NCBI RefSeq assembly: GCF_006345805.1
Contig: NW_021824744.1
Coordinates: 1-17,762, forward strand
DNA from: Octopus sinensis
Taxonomy: Eukaryota
Reading direction: 5' to 3'
Length of the DNA: 17,762 nt
Shown here piece by piece: positions 1 through 8,851 of this stretch (positions are counted from its first letter, which is position 1; the number at the start of each line of letters is the position of its first letter). The notes under the pieces are model-generated. The model was not told where the DNA came from. It made no database searches and saw nothing but the letters and a program-made list of their open reading frames with translations. A program made the position numbers and the translations under genes.

Positions 1-245
1 TTATTTATCGACTGTGAAAAGATTAAAGACAAAATATAAGGACACGGGAAATGTGTCAAGTCCAACAGGAAACGGTGTTTCCTAGGGCTAAATAACGGTA
101 ACATTCTTCCCTTTCATGGGACTGTCACATTCAGTTGACAACATACTATTACTAAAATCAACCTCGGCGGGATTTGAAATCAGAAGATAAAGATATAGAA
201 TTAATATTGTAAGGCCTTTTCTGTCCGATGCTTAAACAATTACAG
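1..245 (+). mobile_element. Degenerate 3' portion of an (AAT)n-associated retroposon (same family as 276-491 and 6309-6526), interrupted by a 118-bp insertion
   Basis: 1-35 (TTATTTATCGACTGTGAAAAGATTAAAGACAAAAT) and 154-190 (AAAATCAACCTCGGCGGGATTTGAAATCAGAAG) align by eye with the contiguous segment TTATTTTATCGACCCCGAAAGGATGAAAGTCATAGTCGACCTCGGAGGAACTTGAACTCAGAAC of the 6309-6526 copy. The 5' part lies outside the window. Confidence 0.7.
36..153. mobile_element. 118-bp insertion of unknown origin flanked by AAAAT direct repeats (possible 5-bp TSD)
   Basis: Splits the host repeat. AAAAT at 31-35 and 154-158. Internal hairpins GACAC-N7-GTGTC (41-57) and AGGAAAC-N3-GTTTCCT (67-83). Confidence 0.45.
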
Positions 246-275
246 TACTCCCCCCACCACACACGCAATATAAGT

Positions 276-491
276 TAATAATGGTTTCACATTTTGGTTA
301 AGAGCCACATTATGAGTGAGATAATCGATTACAGCGACCCCCCAGTGTTTCATTGGTTCTTATTTTATCGACCTTGAAACGATTAAGCGCAAAGTCGGCC
401 ACGGCGGAATTTGAACTCAGAACGTAAACGGCCGAAAGAAATGCCACTAAGCATTTTGCGCAATGTGTTAACAATTCTACTATCTCGCATT
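276..491 (+). mobile_element. (AAT)n-associated retroposon / SINE-like element, copy 2
   Basis: Colinear with 6309-6526 over about 210 bp, including TCGATTA.A.CGAC.CCAGTGTTT, TTATTTTATCGACC, GAACTCAGAACGTA and GAAATGCC.CTAAGCATTT. Starts at TAATAAT and ends in a (TAA)n tail. Confidence 0.8.
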
Positions 492-510
492 AATAATAAT
501 AATAATAATA

Positions 511-605
<95 letters not shown>

Positions 606-613
606 GATGATGC

Positions 614-657
<44 letters not shown>

Positions 658-673
658 AATAATAATAATAATA
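491..673 (+). repeat. Compound trinucleotide microsatellite (TAA)n-(GAT)~48-(TAA)n
   Basis: Read directly from the sequence. Source of the poly-D, poly-M and poly-H ORFs in the track. Confidence 0.97.
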
Positions 674-935
674 AAAAGATGGGCTACAGCAAATATTCTG
701 CTCAATACCACAGATTTGCTTGTCAGTTGTTTGACCATAACCAGTTGATCATGTCCCTTAGTGGCTGACAATATGTGCATCTCTGATCACGAGCAGAAGT
801 AGTGGGGGAGCATCATAGCCATGTGTTGAGAGGGATTCTTTGGGGTTTGAATAATTCACCTCTGGAAACTTGGGTGTTTCGTTCAACAACTTAAACCTTA
901 AACAGTCCTAATTCATGGACCTTTTGAGCAGGATG
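674..935 (-). mobile_element. Fragment of an abundant octopus-type interspersed repeat (probably retroposon)
   Basis: ATGGGCTACAGCAAATATTCTGCTCAATACCACAGATTTGCTTGTCAG...GGACCTTTTGAGCAGGATG resembles a high-copy octopus repeat as I recall it. There is no second copy in the window, so both family and strand are inferred. Confidence 0.5.
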
Positions 936-1443
936 TGTGTGTACGTGTGTGTGTTGTTGTAAGGGTTTTGCGTGTAAACAAGACCAACAACATTTTTAAA
1001 AACCAACAATGTGTGATCCTCAATAGGGAGGAGACGTTCGAGGGCTGCTCATGGAGAAACCCCATAAAAAAAACCTATGGTTACCCTGACTTTTGGAACA
1101 GGAACCTTTTTTCGTTTTCTTTCCTCTTTCCATCTACAGGCGTATGCTCAGGGCAGGTCCGTTCCCTCGTACCATTCTCGCCACTTTCATCCACCTTTCG
1201 GCAAAATGACAAGAAGACAACACTTCCCTCTCTACCTTTATTTTCCTTTCAAGTGAAACTTGAAGAAGTTCATTAGAGATTGGCCAAAGAGAAAAGTGTT
1301 TGTCTCCAGCCCCTTTATTCTCGTCCACCACACAACTTCTTTCGCCGTGGCCACCGGGCATATAAAAACAGTCTTTACTTCTCGGTTAAAAGAAAGCGGA
1401 GGGGCGATCTTCACGATGGCTTCTTATAATTTCAAATTTTGGC

Positions 1444-1489
<46 letters not shown>

Positions 1490-1518
1490 GTAGTGGTGGT
1501 GGTGGTGAGGATGATGAT
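1444..1518 (+). repeat. (AAT)15-(GGT)n-(GAT)n compound microsatellite
   Basis: Read directly from the sequence. Confidence 0.95.
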
Positions 1519-1884
1519 CCACATCAAAGAATGCATTTCAACACGATAAAAGAGAGTGAAACAGTTGATGTCAGAAAGTTGTCATGAAATATATATTGTA
1601 TAATTTCTTCGCTCTGTTTTGAAATGCCAACGTTATTCTTTACGTTACATCTTGTTTAGTTAAGTTTACTTTACTTTTACTAAATCTTAGAATTTCACTT
1701 CAGTTGGAGAAACAGACCCCTCCCCCCCAAAAAACCCCGGCATGCGGATGCGGGGAAGAAATGTGGTGCTGGTTCCATTTCTAATTGAAATTTCTCTTGT
1801 ATTCCCTTCATTTATTAATATAAGATTCTCTTGCATAATTCTCTTAACAATAACAAAGTCTGATTAAAGAACATGCGTTATGCG

Positions 1885-1906
1885 TATGTGTGTGTGTATA
1901 TATGTT

Positions 1907-1945
<39 letters not shown>

Positions 1946-2146
1946 GAATGTATATATATTTATACATATTTATATATATTTATACATACATACTGATATA
2001 TGTGTGTGTGTGTGTGTTTGTTGTATGTATGTATGTATATGCATACATACACACAGGACGCTTTGAACCGACTGACACCGAAAGCTCCTTTCATCTTTTA
2101 CCAGCTTTCTGTACTTTTACTAGGTTAATCTTACATATTATGGTCT

Positions 2147-2197
<51 letters not shown>

Positions 2198-2200
2198 GAG
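1885..2200. repeat. (TG)n/(TA)n/(TATG)n tract (1885-2052) and (AG)n tract (2149-2200)
   Basis: Read directly from the sequence. Confidence 0.92.
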
Positions 2201-2656
2201 ACGGGTAGGTTAGAGAGAACAGACAGACAGAAAGAGAGAAACGGAAGACGATAGAAAGAATAAGGTACATATGAAGGGGGTTTCTTTTTAAGAATTTTGG
2301 CCTTAAATTAGACACACACACACACACACCGTCTATGTATGTGAATGTTAAGTGATATGATATGTATGTGTGTAAGTTATTGTTTATAGAGGACGGAAAC
2401 GGAATGAATAGAATCCATTGTAGATCATTAATTTTTATCCAACATTTCCTTGGAGAAACAAAAAAACAACAAAAAGAAAGAAAAAAAGAATAAACGAAAA
2501 AGGGTTGAAAGAAAGAGAGAAAGAAAAATGAAATTTAAAGATAAATGAATCCCTAATCTTGATTCCAATTCGGTGGAGAACCCCTACGCAACCCTATCCT
2601 CTCCCATCCCAACCCCTGTTTTTAATCCTGTAACATCAACAGAAACTAATGAAACA

Positions 2657-2748
2657 GGCGCAGGCGTGGCTGTGTGGTAAGAAGCTTGCTTTCCAACCAC
2701 ATGGTTCCGGTTTCAGTCCCACTGCACGGCACCTGGGCCAAATGTCTT
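2657..2748 (+). mobile_element. 3'-truncated tRNA-derived SINE (head plus start of CORE-like region), same family as 11207-11421
   Basis: Aligns with 11207-11298. A-box-like TGGCTGTGTGG, degenerate B-box GGTTTCAGTCC and CORE-like CACC-TGGGCCAAATGTCTT. Similarity stops abruptly at 2748. Confidence 0.88.
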
Positions 2749-3122
2749 AACATATTCACTTATGGCTGCCACGTAATGCGATCGTTCGTTTATTGTTGGT
2801 CTCTCATAACTGTGGATGAGACAGAAGTAATAAAAATGGTTTGATAGTCTAGATATTCAAAGCTGTTGGACATCTTTGTGTGGCCGTTCGGTTCGGTTTG
2901 CTGATTGGTCCACCTGGTCTGCCGTGTAAACTGATCTTCGGCCGCGTAGCAGCCGATCGTATCTAAGTCCCTTTCGTCAGGAAACATGGGTAGGTATGCT
3001 ATGAAGCTGTCAGCAGCGATTCTCATATAGTTTCTGTTTCTATCCATGACTGCTTGTGATGGTTCTATTGATTGATACACACCTTCATTTCCAAAGTTTA
3101 CCTTTATTAGATTATCCTGGGT

Positions 3123-3373
3123 CACAGTTTCTCCTCCATTATTTTTTTCCTCTATGGACCCATTTAGTTGTTGTTTGACTCGGACGGATCCTCATAACCA
3201 TTTGATCTTTTAAAAATCCTATCATATTTTTCGTAATTAAATATTATTAAGAATCGTACAGAAAATTGTTGGAATATTTTGTGCATTGTAGAAGTATAAC
3301 TAATTTATTGCAGATAAATTTTAACGACAAAATCTTATATGGACCCACAAGGGTCCATATAAGTGAACCAGTG
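3123..3373. mobile_element. Degenerate non-autonomous DNA transposon (hAT-like MITE)
   Basis: Imperfect terminal inverted repeats (3123-3135 vs 3361-3373, 9/13). Subterminal TATGGACCC motif at 3153-3161 and 3338-3346, inverted at 3351-3359. AT-rich non-coding interior. Ends resemble CAGTGGTTCTCAA-type hAT termini (recalled). No TSD preserved. Confidence 0.55.
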
Positions 3374-3652
3374 GTCAAGCGGAAGGTGTTGTATAGATGT
3401 CAATCGATGCCATTCACAGCCCTTCGAAATTGGTGAAACTGATGCAGTTAACATTCTTGTTGAACAGATATAATAAAGTCAAGGGATTCAAGAAACCGAT
3501 GTAATATGGCGGAGGATTGAGCGCAGTGATTAGTGCAGAACCCAAGTGTTAGACACAATAGGAACGAACGATAAGAGGGAAAACGTATGATTTATATGTG
3601 GTTGAGTGAAAATGACACGAGATCAGCCAGGTTCAATACAGTAGCAACAGAC

Positions 3653-3994
3653 TTATAGAGAGGATGATCTCTCTTTAGATGCTGTCTCAAACAGTGTTCT
3701 GGCTTTTCCCAAATAGCAGTGTCAGAATAAACTATTATAGTGGTGCCAACATTTCTTAAATGTACTTTCTGTTGGCTCAATGTAGCAGCGTACGATATTG
3801 TTGGCGGATAGGCTTCTGTCAAGGTATTTGTCTTTTATGGTGTCGGTCATATGAAACAGCAGTTGTCCTTAGTACTGCCGTAAGATTATTGTAGAGTGGG
3901 TCTTTATCATGGTGAATATGTTCCTCATACAGCTTAAACTCACGTTTATGTTGTTATTGTTCAGCAGATGGCGCAGTCTGTTTGCATGTGTTAG
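3653..3994 (-). pseudogene. Decayed GIY-YIG endonuclease region of a Penelope-like retroelement
   Basis: One minus-strand frame reads LTHANRLRHLLNNNNINVSLSCMRNIFTMIKTHSTIILRQY*GQLLFHMTDTIKDKYLDRSLSANNIVRCYIEPTESTFKKCWHHYNSLF*HCYLGKARTLFETASKERSSSL*. This matches the recalled PLE pattern 'HRLRKIFNRNxVKVSYSCMPN..IIKSHN..IL ... NIVY ... YIGxTExTFKKRWxxHxSSFRH'. Internal stops at 3869-3871 and 3722-3724. Confidence 0.75.
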
Positions 3995-4210
3995 TATGTT
4001 TGTGTGCTAGCGCGTACATGTGTGTGTGTCTGGGTGCATGCATGCGTGCAAGAGCCTCATGTTTGATATGTCATCACTTGCTTATTCAAAGAGAAATTCA
4101 CTAAAAAGAGTAAATAACAACTCCATGTTGAAGCGTGTTTTATCTATCTTCACCTCCATCAAAATTATTTTAAAAGAAATGTCGGTAATACCTTATCAGC
4201 CAACACTATT

Positions 4211-4470
4211 ACAGATCGTGGGTTCGATCCCCAGACCGGGCGATGCGCTGTGTTTTTGAGCTAGACACTTCATTTTCCATTGTTCTGTGATCCATTTGAC
4301 ATCTGCGTGTGCCATACATTGCCCCTGTACAAGCAATATCGATTTGACGGACACATTGAGCTAATGTGCAGCACAAGAATTTGATCACAAGGAGCAAATC
4401 ATCTGCGCATGTTGTTCATGCAAGGCATTGCAGAACCTTCGTCTGTTGCCTACCACGGGAAAGTCCGCGA
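4211..4470 (+). mobile_element. 5'-truncated tRNA-derived CORE-like SINE with a 3' tail different from the 13011-13333 family
   Basis: B box GGTTCGATCCC (4221-4231), then TGTGTTTTTGAGCTAGACACTTCATTTT, which matches TGTGTCCTTGAGCAAGACACGTCATTTT of the 13011 copy. Downstream sequence is unrelated to that copy. Confidence 0.75.
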
Positions 4471-4774
4471 TATAATATATATCGTTATAATTAAGTATTA
4501 GAACAAGTATTACGAATATGTTAATTGCATCTATTTTATTCTTTATATTAACTTAATATCTAATCACCCGAATGCCATGTCTAATCTATTTATAATCAAT
4601 TCTCTCTTCATTTGTTTTATTTTGGTTATCATCTGTCTTCTATATTGCCACAGAAAAGAAGAATTCCTGGGTTTGGAGTTCTCTGAATGCTTCACTCATT
4701 TCTTCTAAGTTCAGCTTTCTCTTATTCTATTGTAACTTTTTTCATAAGTTGCTCAGACGAAAATCACTGTTCTG

Positions 4775-4861
4775 GCTGCTGCTGCTGCTGTTGTTGTGGC
4801 TGTTGTTGTTATTGTTTTTGTTGTTGTTGTTGTTCGCTTCTTCTTCTTCTTCTTCTTCAGG

Positions 4862-4926
<65 letters not shown>

Positions 4927-5020
4927 CATTGTTATTATTATTTATTGTGATTAATATTCTCCTTCAATGATTATTGGCTACTGTTATTAATATGATTGCT
5001 GTTGTTCTCGACGGCGATAC

Positions 5021-5071
<51 letters not shown>
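4775..5071. repeat. Compound (GCT)(GTT)(CTT)(ATT)n array (4775-4941) and second (ATT)n (5021-5071)
   Basis: Read directly from the sequence. Confidence 0.95.
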
Positions 5072-5072
<1 letters not shown>

Positions 5073-5483
5073 TACTATTACACGACGCTAGATGTCATTG
5101 TTATGATTGAATGGTGTGAAGGGTCGATTTTTTTCTCTTTTTTAAAGAGAGTGAGATGGGGAAAACAGCTTCCGCTCTACACAGGACCAAAATGGGTGCT
5201 ATATGAATAGTGAGAGGAGGAGAGCGGAAGAGAAAGAGAAGGCGAAGGGGAAGAGAGGAGGGGAAGAAGGAGAAAGTGGGCAGTGGGGTGGGTGGGTATG
5301 GAGGTGAAATAAATAGGTTTGTAAATACATATCTAGGAATTATTTTTCATTTCATTTTCTCTTCTATTGTTGTTGATTTTTTTTGCAATAAATGGAATCA
5401 ATGGCGATGTTGGCACATCAAGATTATGTGCATACATGTATGTGCGCGTGCGTGTATGGGTTTACACACATGCACCAACTATA

Positions 5484-5488
5484 TAACT

Positions 5489-5535
<47 letters not shown>

Positions 5536-5662
5536 TATATATATATAATTATATATATAACATATATATATATATATGTATATATATATAAATATACATG
5601 TATACATATGCACATATATATGTGTGTATGTGCGTACGTGTTTTACACACATATGCACACAG

Positions 5663-5696
<34 letters not shown>

Positions 5697-6020
5697 GTAT
5701 ATATAAAATATATATTATATATGTATATAATATATATAATGTATACTTTATGTACATGTGTGTGTGTGTTTCTGTGTGTATACATATTTGTGCATATATG
5801 CATGTGTATATGAATATATATTTATGCATATTTCTACGTATATATGCATGTGCACACACACACACACATACACACACATACACACACACACATACACACA
5901 CACCACACACACACACACATACACACACACATATATATATATATATGTATACAGACAGACAAAATGAAAGAGAAAGAGAGAGACAGACAGACAAAATGAG
6001 AGAGAGAGGCAGACAGGCAA
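5484..6020. repeat. Compound (TA)n/(TG)n/(CA)n/(GACA)n/(GA)n low-complexity tract
   Basis: Read directly from the sequence. Confidence 0.93.
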
Positions 6021-6257
6021 AGCTAAGAAATTAGTGATGAGAAATGTTTCCAAGTCTGTATAATAAAAGGGAGGTGGGTGTATATTGAAGTGTTTTGGGG
6101 GAGGGGGAAGGGTGGTTACTGGATTGGAACGATATATTTATATAATTGTTTACATTTAGTAATCAATCTTTTTTGTTGTTGTTTTTTATCTTTCGTTGTT
6201 AAAATTAACATTGTGGTGGACACGATAGAATGCAAACATGGTGACGACGGCGATCAC

Positions 6258-6311
6258 TACCACCACCACCACCACCACCACCACCACCACAAACAACAAC
6301 AACAACAATAA
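6258..6311 (+). repeat. (CAC)n-(CAA)n-TAA microsatellite immediately 5' of the retroposon
   Basis: Read directly from the sequence. Confidence 0.93.
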
Positions 6312-6526
6312 TCCTTTCTGCTATAGGCGCAAGAATTGAAATTTGGGGTGAGGGGACTAGTCGATTAGATCGACTCCAGTGTTTAACTGGTACTTATTTT
6401 ATCGACCCCGAAAGGATGAAAGTCATAGTCGACCTCGGAGGAACTTGAACTCAGAACGTAGCGACGGGCGAAATGCCGCTAAGCATTTCGTCCAGTGTGC
6501 TAACGATTCTGCCAGCTCGCCCCCTT
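6309..6526 (+). mobile_element. (AAT)n-associated retroposon / SINE-like element, copy 3 (probably the least decayed)
   Basis: Colinear with 276-491 and with 1-245. Followed by a (TAA)/(GAT)/(TAA) tail at 6527-6633. Confidence 0.85.
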
Positions 6527-6602
6527 AATAATAATGATGATGATGATGATGATGATGATGATAAAAATTATAATGATAATAATGATAATAATAATAATAA
6601 TA

Positions 6603-6634
<32 letters not shown>

Positions 6635-6689
6635 TCTTTTATTAGCTACAGGAGCATAGATGTAGGGAACATCATTAGGACATATATAT

Positions 6690-6749
<60 letters not shown>
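6527..6749 (+). repeat. (TAA)/(GAT) tail (6527-6633) and (TA)n run (6681-6749)
   Basis: Read directly from the sequence. Confidence 0.93.
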
Positions 6750-6750
<1 letters not shown>

Positions 6751-6909
6751 CGTATTTTAATGTGTATAAAGAACCCCCTAACTTTAGGGCTTACAATTTG
6801 GAAAAAAGGTTTTGTAGGGATTATGATTCAATCCATGTATAAGAAACTCCCATATTTTTTAAACTTAATTTTTGACCAAAAAGGGTTCCTTATACACGTT
6901 AAAATACGG
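6750..6909. mobile_element. 160-bp MITE with 27-bp TIRs, Tc1/mariner (Tc2/pogo-like CCGTA termini) type
   Basis: Left end GCGTATTTTAATGTGTATAAAGAACCC (6750-6776). Reverse complement of right end (6883-6909) is CCGTATTTTAACGTGTATAAGGAACCC, 24/27 identical. Flanked by TA on the left and TG on the right (possibly a decayed TA). Confidence 0.85.
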
Positions 6910-6929
6910 TGTGTGTATATATATATATA

Positions 6930-7135
6930 GACTGGTACTCCGTAGGTTACGACGGCGAGGGTTTCAGGTGATGCCTTCAACTGAAAAGCCTGCTCGTGAA
7001 ATCAACGTGCATGTGGCTGTGTACTCCACAGACACGCTTACCCTTAACGCAGTTCTCAGGGAGATTCGGCGTGCTAGAGAATGGGATAAGGTCGGCCCCT
7101 TTGAAATACAGATACTATTCATTTCCATCAACTTT
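6930..7135 (-). mobile_element. 5'-truncated SINE, same family as 13011-13333
   Basis: Reverse complement reads CTGTATTTCAAAGGGGCC...GAATCTCCCTGAGAAC...GCGTGTCTGTGGAGTAC...GCACGTT...CGTCGTAACCTACGGAG, colinear with 13150-13330. Confidence 0.85.
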
Positions 7136-7139
7136 GTTG

Positions 7140-7740
7140 ATATTTTCCTCTATTTCTGACAACTCTTGAAATCTTCCATTTTCTTTCCCTCCTCCTTTCT
7201 TCGCCTCTTTATTATCACCTCCGCCCCACTCTCTTCTCTCTTCCTTTAACTATTTTCCTTCATTCGCCATTATAAACCTTCTCTTTCTTCCTGCTCTCCA
7301 TCTTCCCAACCTTATTTTTAAACCCTTTTCTTCTTTCCTTTTTCTTATTTACCTCCATCGTTTTTTTTATATTTCATTTCATTCCCTTTTCTCTACTCTT
7401 TTCCTTCCTTCCTTTCATTCTTCCCTCTTTGTCTTTCTATTATTCCACATTCTTTAGAATGATTTCTCAAAGTTTACTTTTTCTTCCCAAAATTCTTCCC
7501 AACCAACACCCATCGCTTTTTCTCTCTCTCTCTCCCTCTGCCCCCCTCTTCACTACGCCACCCGACAAACTTCAAGCTTAAACCTCTCTACAATCTACAC
7601 TCTCTTCTTCCTACCTCTCTCTCTTACCATTCAATTTGTTCTCCTCTCTCTCTCTCTTTCTCTTTCTGTCTATCACTTCCTCCCTATACTCATCTCTCTC
7701 TGTGTCTATCTCTTCTTTTCTTTGCTCATCTCTCTTTGTG

Positions 7741-7821
<81 letters not shown>

Positions 7822-7884
7822 GTATCTATCTATCTATCTATCTAACTATCTATCTACCTGTCTTTCTCTCTCTCTCTCTATCTC

Positions 7885-7915
<31 letters not shown>

Positions 7916-7939
7916 ATCTCTCTCCCTCCCCTCCTCATC

Positions 7940-7988
<49 letters not shown>

Positions 7989-8230
7989 CTCGGTCTGTTA
8001 CATTGTGTCCTTACTGCTCCTTCTTTCTTTGGCTAACTCCTTCGTCCTCCTCACTTAGACATTACACGCTCTCTAATTCTCTACCTCTTTGTCACTACCT
8101 CTCACCTCTCCCCATTTCTCTCTATCACAATCTCTCACCTCTCTCTATTTCTCCCTCTCTCACATCCCTCTCTCCACCTCTCGCTACACTCCGTCAATAC
8201 TCTGTTCCTTTGTCTTACTGTTTTTCTAAC
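7140..8230 (+). repeat. About 1.1 kb pyrimidine-rich low-complexity domain with (TATC)n (7741-7860) and (TC)n
   Basis: Read directly: the plus strand is strongly C/T-rich throughout. Confidence 0.9.
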
Positions 8231-8851
8231 ATATATAGAGACTCCCAGTCGACTAATCCGAGAAAACGAAAACGACAACAACAACAAACAACACATCAGC
8301 AATAGCAACTACAACAAAAAGGTCAACAACACTGACAAGAACATCATATAAGCCAAATATAATACATAAATAAACAAGGCAAAACATCCACTAACTCACA
8401 CACATATACACATACTTACACACGCCAACGTATTCAAGCACACACAAACACAGACTTAGTGACAGACATACACATACACCCAAGCACGTACACGAACACA
8501 CACATACACACACACACAGAGGAGAATATGCACAGACAGACAGCAATTGTGCATACTTTGATGACTGCACTTCTCAATGAGCAGCAGCAATGTAGGATGC
8601 AATCATGCAAACATCGGCGGAATCACGATCACTACCAGCGTGAGCGACACCTACTGCCTACTCTTACAAGCAGGGAAATCACGGAAGTGACGATACTTCA
8701 TGAAAACAGTCACGTATCATACTCCAACCATCGCTATGACGACGACCACCTCTCCAGGGCCAAACATCTCTGATCCGTATTACAGGAAAGATACCTGCTC
8801 AGAAAAGCTACATCATAGCGTTTCGGCTGTGCAATCTCCAGTGTTTGAAGG

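Noticed and set aside
2930-2985. Hammerhead ribozyme core on the minus strand (CTGACGA...GGCCGAAG) near the Penelope-like relic
   Set aside because: Stem II does not follow CTGACGA directly and the second core strand reads GAAG, not GAAA. A covariance-model search would be needed to revive it.
3123-3210. Upstream extension of the 2790-3125 ORF giving a receptor-tail-like peptide (GYEDP...GSIEEK)
   Set aside because: The extension lies inside the MITE and needs a frameshift.
3334-3380. Helitron 3' end (hairpin plus CTRR)
   Set aside because: No CTRR terminus at the expected distance on either strand, and the hairpin is explained by MITE subterminal motifs.
5281-6120. G-quadruplex candidates (5284-5304, 6096-6115)
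   Set aside because: Each has only three runs of at least three G, within ordinary purine-rich low-complexity sequence.
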